DNA from: Stellaceae bacterium
GTDB lineage: Bacteria; Pseudomonadota; Alphaproteobacteria; ATCC43930; CGMCC-115725
Direction of reading: 5' to 3'
NCBI GenBank assembly: GCA_046706015.1
Contig: JBJKPV010000123.1
Span: 1-31,129 of the forward strand
Length of the DNA stretch: 31,129 bases
Part shown: positions 1-8,302 of the stretch, piece after piece
Numbering within the stretch: the first letter of the stretch is position 1
Layout of the letters: each line of letters opens with the position of its first letter
The notes under the pieces: generated by a model
Told to the model about the DNA's origin: nothing
Database searches by the model: none
Seen by the model: the letters and a program-made list of their open reading frames with translations, nothing else
Position numbers and translations under genes: made by a program

Positions 1-820
1 GATAGAAGTGCTGGCGATGCGCGCGCCAAAAGCGCTCGCCACGCGCGACGCGGAGCGCCAAGGTGAGCGTCGCGTCGGCGAGGTAGTAGAGCGGCAGGAT
101 CATGGCCGGTGCCCACAGCCCCTTGGCCGCCATCGCCAGCAGCAGCCAGCCCATCAGATAGCCAAGCGGCACGCTGCCGACATCGCCCAGGAAGATCCGC
201 GCCGGCGGCCAGTTCCACCACAGGAAGCCGGCAGCACCGGCGGCGACGGCAAGGGCGAGTGCCGGCGTGTTGTCATTGGCCGCGCCGCCGAGGAGCGACA
301 CGCCGACAACGCCGAGACCGAGAAAGACTGTTTCGGTGCAGGTGATGCCGTCGATGCCGTCCATGAAATTATAGAGGTTGATGAACCAGACCCAGAGCAG
401 CACAACAGCGGCGTGATCGAGGAACGGCGGCAGCAGGCCCTGAAAGATCGGATGGCTTGCCGGTAAAGCGAAGACGCCGAGGCTCGCGGCGATGATGTGA
501 CCGATGAGCCGCAAGCCGACGCCCAACCCGCCGAGATCATCCGCCCAGGACAGCAGCGCCAGCAGCGCGGCAACGCCGATCACGATTATGGCGCCCGGCG
601 GCGCGCGGCCGCCCGCGGCCAGCATCAGCCAACCGAATAAGGCGAGCGGGACGAGCGCCAGGCCGCCGCCGCGCGGCGTCGGCACTTGATGCGAGGAGCG
701 CTCGACCGGATGGTCGAGGATCGCCCTTCGTCGGAGCCACGACAAGACGATGCCGGTAAGCCACGCGGTTCCGACAAGGATGGCCAGCGGCACCGCCACC
801 CAGATCCAAAACGCTTCCAT
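1..820 (-). CDS. WecA/MraY-family (Glycos_transf_4) undecaprenyl-phosphate sugar-1-phosphate transferase, 3' end outside the window
   Basis: Not in the ORF track because it runs off the window. Manual minus-strand translation from ATG at 820 gives MEAFWIWVAVPLAILV...DHPVERSSHQVPTPRGGGLAL...WFINLYNFMDGIDGIT...RAHRQHFY. These are the PTPRGGG, NFMDGIDG and AHRxH motifs of WecA/WbpL-like enzymes. Confidence 0.93.
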   Translation of the reverse strand, partial: MEAFWIWVAVPLAILVGTAWLTGIVLSWLRRRAILDHPVERSSHQVPTPRGGGLALVPLALFGWLMLAAGGRAPPGAIIVIGVAALLALLSWADDLGGLGVGLRLIGHIIAASLGVFALPASHPIFQGLLPPFLDHAAVVLLWVWFINLYNFMDGIDGITCTETVFLGLGVVGVSLLGGAANDNTPALALAVAAGAAGFLWWNWPPARIFLGDVGSVPLGYLMGWLLLAMAAKGLWAPAMILPLYYLADATLTLALRVARGERFWRAHRQHFY

Positions 821-880
821 GCCGGGGTGATATGCTGCCGATCACGCCGGCGCAATGTCCACGCTTGTGCCGCCCGAGGA

Positions 881-1531
881 TCAGTCGTCCGTCGCGGGCC
901 GCCACGCCGTCCCGCCGCGGCCGAGATCCTCGCGACAGAGCGTCATTGGCGCGATCTCGGCAACGCGCGCCTTCTCAACCGTCTGCCGCAAGTCGCGGCA
1001 GACAAGCCCATGATGCGAGATATAGACATCGCGCGCCGGCGCCACGATTCCTTGCGCATCGGCGGCCTTCCATTCGATCGCGGTACCGGTCGCGGCCGCG
1101 GCGGCAAGCATGCTCGCCTGCGCCAGATCCATGCGCGCTGCCGGCGTCAGATTCGCGCGCAACGGCGCCGCGACCACCTCATCGGCCAATTCGGCGCTGA
1201 GAAGCGGCGGCGCCGCATCGCTCAGGGGGCCGGGATAAGGGCTGGTCGAGCGGATCGCAACTGGCGGCGGCTTGCGGTTGATCAGGGCCCCGAGCGGCGC
1301 CGGCTGGTTGATGCGCTCCCAGGTGGCGGACCAATCGATTTTGCTCAGCCCGTCGAAGGGGTGAATGTTTTCGAACTGGCTGCAGCCCGCGAGCGCCGAC
1401 GCGCAGATGAGCGCGATCAAGGCGGCGCCGCGAGTTTTGCCGCGACGCTGCCGGCGCGGCGGTATTGCGGCGCGTGCCGGGGGATTGCCCCGCGCCTCCG
1501 GCATGGCTTGGGTTGCGGCTGCTGCTCCCAT
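881..1531 (-). CDS. Lipoprotein with a C-terminal RT0821/Lpp0805 (17 kDa surface antigen-like) domain
   Basis: Basic stretch, hydrophobic segment and lipobox LAGC, then a Pro-rich linker. The C-terminus AIEWKAADAQGIVAP...GLVCRDLRQTV...TLCRED has the W...CR...C pattern of this family. The start may be the ATG at 1504. Confidence 0.65.
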   Translation of the reverse strand: MGAAAATQAMPEARGNPPARAAIPPRRQRRGKTRGAALIALICASALAGCSQFENIHPFDGLSKIDWSATWERINQPAPLGALINRKPPPVAIRSTSPYPGPLSDAAPPLLSAELADEVVAAPLRANLTPAARMDLAQASMLAAAAATGTAIEWKAADAQGIVAPARDVYISHHGLVCRDLRQTVEKARVAEIAPMTLCREDLGRGGTAWRPATDD

Positions 1532-1556
1532 TTGGGCCGATTTTGAGCGATGATGG

Positions 1557-1572
1557 TGAACGGCCCGTTAAC
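1557..1572 (+). promoter_or_regulatory. CtrA-like box (TGAA-N7-TTAAC, one mismatch to TTAA-N7-TTAAC)
   Basis: TGAA CGGCCCG TTAAC lies in the short divergent gap between the lipoprotein and methyltransferase genes. Confidence 0.3.
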
Positions 1573-1585
1573 CGGCACGGCGGCC

Positions 1586-2191
1586 ATGAGCGATCAGGAG
1601 CGGGACAGGGGATGGAAGGCCTATTACGAGGCGACCGCGGGACGGCCGCCGCGGCCTACGTTGCTCTGGGCGCTCGACCATTTCGGTGCGGACGCGCCGC
1701 CGGGCACCGCCGTCGATCTCGGCTGTGGCGACGGGCGTGACGCGATCGAACTCCTGCGCCGCGGCTGGGCGGTGATTGCGATCGACTCGGCGCCGGAAGC
1801 GATCGCGCGGCTGAAGGCGCGCTCCGATCTGCCGCCTTCATCGAAGCTCATCGCGCAATGCGGGCGGTTCGAAGACGTGTCCTGGCCGGAGGTCGCGCTC
1901 GCCAATGCGAGCTTTGCCTTGCCGATCTGCCGCCCGCAGGATTTCCCGGCGCTGTGGGAAAAGCTGACCCGGTCGCTCGTGCCGGGCGGGCGCTTTGCCG
2001 GGCAGCTCTATGGCACGCATGACAGCTGGGCATCGAACCCCGCCATGACCTTCTTCGACGAGGCCGGCGCGCGGCGCCTCTTCGAGGCTTATGCGATCGA
2101 GCTGTTCGAGACGGAAGAAAGCGACGCGGTGACGCCGCGCGGCGTCGCCAAGCACTGGCACATCTTTCACGTGGTCGCGCGCAAACGCTGA
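1586..2191 (+). CDS. Class I SAM-dependent methyltransferase (TehB-like)
   Basis: Motif I VDLGCGDGRD, motif II VIAIDSA and SLVPGGRFAGQ. The start was chosen at MSDQERD (1586); the ORF track extends to 1550. Confidence 0.85.
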   Translation: MSDQERDRGWKAYYEATAGRPPRPTLLWALDHFGADAPPGTAVDLGCGDGRDAIELLRRGWAVIAIDSAPEAIARLKARSDLPPSSKLIAQCGRFEDVSWPEVALANASFALPICRPQDFPALWEKLTRSLVPGGRFAGQLYGTHDSWASNPAMTFFDEAGARRLFEAYAIELFETEESDAVTPRGVAKHWHIFHVVARKR

Positions 2192-2198
2192 GCCGCGC

Positions 2199-2417
2199 TC
2201 AGCGCCAGTGGCGACGATAATGCCCGCCGCCGATCACCACGGTGCCGACCACCGGCGGCCCGTAATAATAAGGATAGTAGCCGCCGTCGTAACCGCCGTA
2301 ATAGCCGCCATAAGAATAATAGCCGGGCGCCGGATAGGCGACGCAGCCGCTCAAGCCCAGCGCCGCCGCCGCGAGCAGCAGCGCGTTTCTCCAGCCTCGT
2401 GCCGCAAGGCGCATCAT
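2199..2417 (-). CDS. Small Tyr/Gly-rich lipoprotein
   Basis: Signal peptide with lipobox LSGC, followed by VAYPAPGYYSYGGYYGGYDGGYYPYYYGPP and a His/Arg-rich tail. Confidence 0.75.
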   Translation of the reverse strand: MMRLAARGWRNALLLAAAALGLSGCVAYPAPGYYSYGGYYGGYDGGYYPYYYGPPVVGTVVIGGGHYRRHWR

Positions 2418-2732
2418 CGAACCTCCGTCGCTTGCGAGATCGCGCGGGCGCTATCGATATTCTAGGCCGCGCCGCGCGCCTCTATCCCTGGCTCCAGAAC
2501 GCTGTGGCGGGTCGGTTTCTTCACGCGCCATGAAAAGATCACGCGGTGTGCGAGGTTTTGCCGCAATTCGGACGCGGCGCGGCGATGCTCGCGATTTGCC
2601 CACTCGGCAGCTCAGCCCACGCACCGATTCAATTCATCACGAATTCTTGTTCTCCGTTGGCGTCGGCGCCTGGACCGGATCTCGCCGCCACGCAATAATG
2701 CCGCCCCTCGGTCGATCACTGGAGGAACACCG

Positions 2733-3698
2733 ATGATGTTTTTTCGCAGCGCCGTGATGGCGGCGCTGGGCGTGTTGCTGGCGAGCAGCGCCGGCGCGCA
2801 AACGCTTGGCATGGCGACGTCGAGCCCCGGCTCGCTCTATCACAATATCGGCACGGCGATCGCCAAGGTCGCCAATGAGCACGGGCTCAACATAACGATC
2901 CAACCTGCCACCAGCCCGAACCAATACATGCCGGCGGTCAATGCCGGCGATTTCGAGTTCGGCATCGGCAATCTTCAGGAATTCAACTACGCGCTTCAGG
3001 GCAAGGCGTGGTTCAGCGGCAGCGCCAGTCCCAATCTGCGCGTGGTGGCGCTGCTCTATCCGCTGAAGGAGGCGATCTTCGTTCGCAAGAGCTCCAACAT
3101 CAAGACGATCGCCGACCTCAAGGGCAAGCGGATGACGGCGGGCTTTACCGCGCAGAACACGATTCTGCCGCAGCTCGACGCGCTCTATGCGACGGCGGGC
3201 TTGACCCGCAATGACGTCGTCAAGGTGCAGGTGCCGAGCGTGGTCGCTGGCGCCGATGCTTTCATGGCAGGCGATTCCGATGGCTTCATCTTCGCGCATG
3301 GCGCGGGCAAGGTACGCGAGGCCGACGCCGCGGTCGGCGGGATCCGGGCTTTGCCGATTCCGAATACGCCGGCCGATCTCGCCGCGATCAAGAAGCATTG
3401 GTCGACCGGTTTTCTCGTCGAGATGAAACCCGGCCCGGCCAATCCCGGTGTGCTGGCGCCCGGCTATTTCATCGCCTACCCGCAGCTGATCTTCACCAAC
3501 AAGAACGTCTCAGACGACGTGGTTTTCAAGATGACCAAGATCATCTACGAGAATAAGGCCGGGATGGGTGCCGTGTTCGCGCCGATGAAGAGCTTCGACC
3601 CGAAGAAGGACATGGTCGGCGAGACCGCGCCGGGCCAATATCATCCGGGCGCGATCAAATTCTACAAGGAAGTCGGCATCTGGCGCGATCCGACCTAG
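2733..3698 (+). CDS. TAXI-family TRAP transporter solute-binding protein
   Basis: SD GGAGGA at about 2721, signal peptide, ATSSPGSLY, DLKGKR and C-terminal YHPGAIKFYKEVG typical of TAXI receptors. It lies directly upstream of a fused TRAP permease. Confidence 0.92.
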   Translation: MMFFRSAVMAALGVLLASSAGAQTLGMATSSPGSLYHNIGTAIAKVANEHGLNITIQPATSPNQYMPAVNAGDFEFGIGNLQEFNYALQGKAWFSGSASPNLRVVALLYPLKEAIFVRKSSNIKTIADLKGKRMTAGFTAQNTILPQLDALYATAGLTRNDVVKVQVPSVVAGADAFMAGDSDGFIFAHGAGKVREADAAVGGIRALPIPNTPADLAAIKKHWSTGFLVEMKPGPANPGVLAPGYFIAYPQLIFTNKNVSDDVVFKMTKIIYENKAGMGAVFAPMKSFDPKKDMVGETAPGQYHPGAIKFYKEVGIWRDPT

Positions 3699-3726
3699 CA
3701 TCGCGGCTGCGGGGCGGGAGTAGGCT

Positions 3727-5685
3727 GTGAGCTTGGCTCATGGCGGCGAGCCGGCGCCGCAAGCCCGCTCCTTCGGCATGATCCTCGCTTATGGGCTGGG
3801 TGCGCTCCTGACCTTGGGTGCGGCGGGCTGGTCGCTTGACCTGCCGCGCTACCTCGCTTGGTCGCTCTATCCGCAGCAATTCTTCGCCGCGGCCCTGGCA
3901 TTAGGCTTGGCGCTGGCGTTTCTCGTGCTGCCGGCGCGGCGCGGGACGCCGCGCGAGCGGGTGCCATGGTACGATTTCGTGGCCTCCGCGTTGGGTTTCC
4001 TCGCGGCTGGATTCCTCGCGATCCACTATCCGCAGCTCGTCAACGAGATCTTCATGCGGCCGGTAGCGGCCTATGTGCCGGGCGCGATCATAGTGCTGCT
4101 TCTGCTCGAGGCGCTCCGGCGCGCGACGGGCTGGGCGCTCTTCATCATCGTCGGCGTCTTCATCCTTTACGCGCTGTTCGGCAATCTGATTCCGGGTCGC
4201 CTCGCCGCGCGCGCGCAGGATTGGCCCAAGCTCGCCGCCTATCTCGCGCTGGACGCCAACGGCGTTCTCGGTCTGCCCATGGCGGTGGTGTCGACGATCG
4301 TCGTCGCCTTCGTTTTCTTCGGCAACGTCCTGGGCGCGACCGGCGGAAGCCGCTTCTTCACCGACGCTTCGCTGGTGGCGATGGGGCGCTTCCGCGGCGG
4401 GCCGATGAAGATTTCGGTACTCGCCTCCTGCCTTTTCGGTTTGATCTCGGGCAGTGCGGTCGCCGATGTGGTGGCGATCGGCATCGTCTCCATTCCGCTG
4501 ATGCGGCGCGCCGGCTATCCGCCGCACAAGGCAGGCGCGGTCCAGTCGGTTGCGTCCACGGGCGCGCAGATGATGCCGCCGGTGATGGGTGCCGCCGCCT
4601 TCGTCATGGCCGAGTTCCTTCAGGTCTCCTATGCCGCGGTCGCGCTGGCCGCGCTCGTGCCGGGCCTCCTTTACTACACCGCGCTCTTCATTGCCGCCGA
4701 TCTCGAATCGGTGCGTCTCGGCATGAAGGGCTTACCGCGCGCGGAGCTGCCGCCGGCGCGCAGCCTCTTGAGCGGCTGGTATTTCGTCGTCCCCTTCGCC
4801 GTCCTGATCCTCGCGCTCTTTCGCTATAACTGGCAGCCGGAGAAGGCGGCGTTGGTCGCCGCCGCCGTCGCCGCCGTGCTCGCGCTTCTCTCCGGTTATC
4901 AGGGAAGGCGGCCGACGCTTTCCGAGCTCGCCGAGACTGTCGCGCAGACCGGGCGCGGCGTGGTCGTCATCATCCTGATCGGCGCCGGCGCCGGCATCGT
5001 CATCGGCGTGCTCAACGTCACGGGCCTCAGCTTCAATCTGACCTATCTCCTGGTTCAGATCGGCTCGTCCAGCGCCGCGCTGCTGCTCGTGCTCTCCGCC
5101 ATCGTCTGCATCATCCTCGGGATGGGCTTGCCGACGCTGGGCGTCTATGTCCTGCTCGCCGCACTGGTGGCGCCCGCGCTGATCCAGCTCGGCATCAACC
5201 CGATGGCCGCGCATCTCTTCATCTTCTATTTCGGCATGATGTCGATGATCACGCCGCCGGTGGCGGTTGCGGCCTTCGCGGCGGCCGCGATCGCGAACGC
5301 CGATCCGATGCGCACTGGCTTCGCCCCGATGCGCTTCGGCTGGACCGCTTTCATCGTGCCGTTCCTGTTCGTCGCCTCGCCGAGCCTCATCCTGATCGGC
5401 AGCCCTTGGTCGATCTTCCAGGCGGTCGTCACCGCCTTTCTCGGCGTGTGGTTGGTTTCGATAGGGCTCGCCGGAGATTTCGTGCGCCCGATCGGGTGGC
5501 TGTCGCGCGGCCTCTTCGCCGCGAGCGGGGTCTTGGCGCTCATCCCGGGCGGCGCCTTCGCCGGCGGCATTTTCACCGACATCTTCGGCGTCGGGGTTGG
5601 GGTCGTGCTCCTCGCCTATGAGCTGGCCCGGCGGCCGCGTCGTGACCGCGTGCTTCCTGCATCGGCCGGCCGCGCGGGCGAATGA
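3727..5685 (+). CDS. TRAP transporter fused 4TM/12TM permease (DctQM-type)
   Basis: 652 aa and highly hydrophobic, with GRFRGGPMKISV, ASTGAQMMPPVMGAAAFVMAE, LGMGLPT and SMITPPVAVAAFAAA motifs. GTG start. Confidence 0.95.
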   Translation: MSLAHGGEPAPQARSFGMILAYGLGALLTLGAAGWSLDLPRYLAWSLYPQQFFAAALALGLALAFLVLPARRGTPRERVPWYDFVASALGFLAAGFLAIHYPQLVNEIFMRPVAAYVPGAIIVLLLLEALRRATGWALFIIVGVFILYALFGNLIPGRLAARAQDWPKLAAYLALDANGVLGLPMAVVSTIVVAFVFFGNVLGATGGSRFFTDASLVAMGRFRGGPMKISVLASCLFGLISGSAVADVVAIGIVSIPLMRRAGYPPHKAGAVQSVASTGAQMMPPVMGAAAFVMAEFLQVSYAAVALAALVPGLLYYTALFIAADLESVRLGMKGLPRAELPPARSLLSGWYFVVPFAVLILALFRYNWQPEKAALVAAAVAAVLALLSGYQGRRPTLSELAETVAQTGRGVVVIILIGAGAGIVIGVLNVTGLSFNLTYLLVQIGSSSAALLLVLSAIVCIILGMGLPTLGVYVLLAALVAPALIQLGINPMAAHLFIFYFGMMSMITPPVAVAAFAAAAIANADPMRTGFAPMRFGWTAFIVPFLFVASPSLILIGSPWSIFQAVVTAFLGVWLVSIGLAGDFVRPIGWLSRGLFAASGVLALIPGGAFAGGIFTDIFGVGVGVVLLAYELARRPRRDRVLPASAGRAGE

Positions 5686-5771
5686 GGGATCGCCGGGACG
5701 CGGCCTGTTCGTGCAGCGGGCGGTCCGAGAACATTTTAAGATTGTATTATCTATAAATATACTACTTATGA

Positions 5772-5813
5772 TTGATCTGCATCAAAGCAGGATGCGCAAG
5801 GCCCAACTAGGCT
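5772..5813 (+). promoter_or_regulatory. FNR/FixK/FnrN class II promoter: perfect TTGAT-N4-ATCAA box (5772-5785) plus -10 element TAGGCT (5808-5813)
   Basis: TTGAT CTGC ATCAA is an exact consensus. A box centre at -41.5 places +1 at about 5820-5821, and TAnnnT falls at -12 to -7. Confidence 0.8.
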
Positions 5814-5820
5814 CTGCCGC

Positions 5821-6006
5821 ATGATCAATTATTGGTGCCGATTCTTCGATGGCCGAGGCGCGGTGTTCGCGGCGGAAAAGCTGTTCGCCGCGGACGATGC
5901 CTCGGCTGTGGCGCAGGCGGAGCGCCTGCTTACGCGCCCCGCCGAAGGCGTTGAGATTCAGGACGGGGACCGCATCGTGGCGCGGCGGATGGTGTGTGAT
6001 GAATGA
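5821..6006 (+). CDS. Small hypothetical protein (61 aa), alphaproteobacterial Y..R.FD..G...A.DD..A...A..L....VEI..G.R.V type
   Basis: The ATG sits at the predicted transcription start of the FNR/FixK promoter and has no SD. The sequence pattern resembles a recurrent small-protein type of rhizobia and relatives. Confidence 0.7.
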   Translation: MINYWCRFFDGRGAVFAAEKLFAADDASAVAQAERLLTRPAEGVEIQDGDRIVARRMVCDE

Positions 6007-6184
6007 ACCGATCGATGTCGTTGCCGAGCAGATCCATGGGCTGAGGGTTCGCGCACGGCGCTGCCGCCGGATCGCGAGTGCTTGCGTCAGCGAGGCGGGC
6101 GCGCAGGCGCTTGAGACTGAGGCCGCCCATGTCGAGGCCGAGCTCGACAGTGTCATCGCGCGGCTGCGTCGCAGCGTGCAATAA
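5999..6184 (+). CDS. Small hypothetical alpha-helical protein (61 aa, MNEPIDVVAEQIHGLRVRARRCRRIA...)
   Basis: The ATG overlaps the upstream ORF end by 8 nt, suggesting translational coupling. Coiled-coil-like amphipathic pattern. It is in frame with ORF-track entry 5849..6184. Confidence 0.55.
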   Translation: MNEPIDVVAEQIHGLRVRARRCRRIASACVSEAGAQALETEAAHVEAELDSVIARLRRSVQ

Positions 6185-6213
6185 GCTCGACCGGCGACAA
6201 GAGCGGGAAGATT

Positions 6214-6288
6214 TGGTGCCGGATGAGAGGATTGAACTCCCGACCTTCGGTTTACAAAACCGCTGCTCTACCGCTGAGCTAATCCGGC
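6214..6288 (-). tRNA. trnT: tRNA-Thr (anticodon UGU)
   Basis: The reverse complement is GCCGGAT TA GCTC AGCGGTA GAGC A GCGGT TTTGTAA ACCGA AGGTC GGGAG TTCAATC CTCTC ATCCGGC ACCA. This is a complete cloverleaf with encoded CCA. Confidence 0.97.
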
Positions 6289-6516
6289 ATTTCAACGACC
6301 TGGCACGGCGCGAGCTGTGCGCTCGCGGCGCTGGACCAAGAAGGGTCTGGTCGGCGTTATAGCCTGCTTAGGGCGGTGCCTGCCAGTTCTCTGCCGTCGA
6401 TCGCATCCACGCCTCCAATGCGCCTGGCATAGGCGCGCAACGGCGGCGCCCGTTACCGCCGCGGCGGACGCAAGCGCAAGGGATATGCCGCCGGGCTCAG
6501 GAACGCGACGAATCGA

Positions 6517-8085
6517 TCAGGCGGTCGGGAAGAATTGATAGAGCCAAGTCTCGCTTAAGGTCTTGCCGTTAAGGCGCAGGAAGCAGCGCAGGTTCAAGGG
6601 CTGGTTGCCCTGAGCATGCACATCGAAAAAGGCGCGCCAAATCTTGGTGCCGACCACTCGGATGACATAAGCGTTACTGATCGTGCCGCGCGACAAGGTC
6701 ACGACCGGCTTGACGTCGAAGCGCGGCGCCATCGCGGCAAGCGGCCCGCCCATGAAATCGATCACGAATTTCCAGCTGTCGCGATCTTGCGGTGACGGCT
6801 TGCCCGGAATGCCGCCATGCCCGATGCGCGTGGCGATCACATGCGCGACATCGGTCGCGGGATGCGGCTCGTCATCCTGCCAATAGAGGCGATAAGCGAG
6901 CGGCAAGGTCTCGCCGGCTTTGACCGAGCCGTGCGGCTGCCAATAGGCGACGATGTTGTCGTGAATTTCATCCGTGGTCGGAATCTCGACGAGTTGTACG
7001 GCACCGGCGCCCCAATTGCCCTTGGGTTCCACCCAAATGCTGGGCCGCCGGTTATAAAAAGCGCCGTCATCCTGATAGTCGGCGAAGTCGCGGTCGCGCT
7101 GCATCAGGCCGAAGCCCTTGGGATTGACGTCGAGGAAGGAATTGACCTGGAGCGACGGCGGATCGACGAGCGGGCGCCAAATCCGCTCACCCTTCCCGGT
7201 CCACAAGGCCAGGCCGTCGCTGTCATGGATCTCGGGACGCCAATCCGTATCGGCGCGGCGATCGTTCTCGCCGTACCAAAACATGCTGGTGAGCGGCGCG
7301 ACGCCGAGACGGGCGATATCGCTCCTCATGAAGAGTGTCGCGTCGATATCCATGACCGCGCCCTTGCCCTTGGTAACGCGAAAGCGATAAGCGCCGGTGA
7401 GACTGCGTCCGTCGAGCAAGGCGTAGACATCGATCACGGGTTCGCTAGCCGATGGTTCGGCCAGCCAGAATTCGACGAAGCGCGGGAATTCCTCCCTGGT
7501 GGAAAGCCCGGTGTCGACGGCGATGCCGCGCGCCGAGGCGCCATATTGATTGTCGGAGCCGGCGCTGCGGAAATAGCTCGCGCCCTGAAAGGCGAGCCAG
7601 TCCGTTTTGGCGTCGTGGCCGTCCATGACGCGAAACCCGGAAAATCCGAGCGTCGCGGGCAGCTTTTGCTCGAGACCGGTGGCGCCGTAGTCGAAATCGG
7701 CCGGCGTGTAGAGAACTTGGCGCGCCATGCCGCCCGAGACGGCGTTGATGGTGACGGGCACGGCGACGAATTTGTCGAGATGGAAAAAAGCAACGGGAAA
7801 CGGCCCGGGACCGGTGCGCCATAGAGCCCGGTCCATGCGAAATTTGATTTTCTGCACCGTGTCGAAATCGATCGTCTTGACGATGTCCGGCGCGGGCGCG
7901 GTTGGCGCAACATAGCTCTTCTTGGCGAGCGTCGCCGCACGTTGCTTCAGCAAGTCGAAGCTGAAAGGCTGAGATGGGCCTAATAGCGCGCCGCCCGGCG
8001 CCGCCCGCGCAGTGCCATGTCCGGCCGAAATCGTCAACAACGCATAGGCAATCGCCGAATTGATGAAGCCCCGGCGGTCGATCAA
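6517..8085 (-). CDS. opgD: Glucan biosynthesis protein D/G family (OpgD-like, Tat-exported; GH186 family by established knowledge)
   Basis: Twin-arginine signal MIDRRGFI, with FQGASYFRS, QYGASARG, REEFPRF, PLTSMFWYGE, RPEIHDSDGL, GFGLMQRDR, EIHDNIVAYW and terminal SETWLYQ motifs. The Tat signal favours OpgD over Sec-exported OpgG. Confidence 0.92.
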   Translation of the reverse strand: MIDRRGFINSAIAYALLTISAGHGTARAAPGGALLGPSQPFSFDLLKQRAATLAKKSYVAPTAPAPDIVKTIDFDTVQKIKFRMDRALWRTGPGPFPVAFFHLDKFVAVPVTINAVSGGMARQVLYTPADFDYGATGLEQKLPATLGFSGFRVMDGHDAKTDWLAFQGASYFRSAGSDNQYGASARGIAVDTGLSTREEFPRFVEFWLAEPSASEPVIDVYALLDGRSLTGAYRFRVTKGKGAVMDIDATLFMRSDIARLGVAPLTSMFWYGENDRRADTDWRPEIHDSDGLALWTGKGERIWRPLVDPPSLQVNSFLDVNPKGFGLMQRDRDFADYQDDGAFYNRRPSIWVEPKGNWGAGAVQLVEIPTTDEIHDNIVAYWQPHGSVKAGETLPLAYRLYWQDDEPHPATDVAHVIATRIGHGGIPGKPSPQDRDSWKFVIDFMGGPLAAMAPRFDVKPVVTLSRGTISNAYVIRVVGTKIWRAFFDVHAQGNQPLNLRCFLRLNGKTLSETWLYQFFPTA

Positions 8086-8302
8086 CAGCTTTTACCTCAC
8101 ATGAAAAAAAGCAACGAGAGTCGCGCCACCGGTCGCGACCTCGTCGGTGACGATCCGCCTATAGAACGCGCGGCGAGACGAAGCGGGCTGTGATTATTAT
8201 GTGCCTCGCAAATCGCAACGCCGAAAACGCCGGCCGCGTGTCACGGATTGGTCATCGCGCGAAGGGGACATAAATTCGATATCGCGGCGTTGTTCCCCGC
8301 AT

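Noticed and set aside
5686-6288. Possible integrated-element remnant at the tRNA-Thr 3' end (AT-rich patch, small ORFs, TTGGTGCCG at 5832-5840 matching the tRNA end)
   Set aside because: The match is only 9 nt and lies inside a coding ORF. There is no integrase and no extended att duplication, and the AT-rich patch is better explained as promoter DNA.
6420-6445. Possible sigma54 promoter (TGGCAT...) upstream region near the tRNA
   Set aside because: The GC dinucleotide is not at the -12 spacing required relative to GG at -24.
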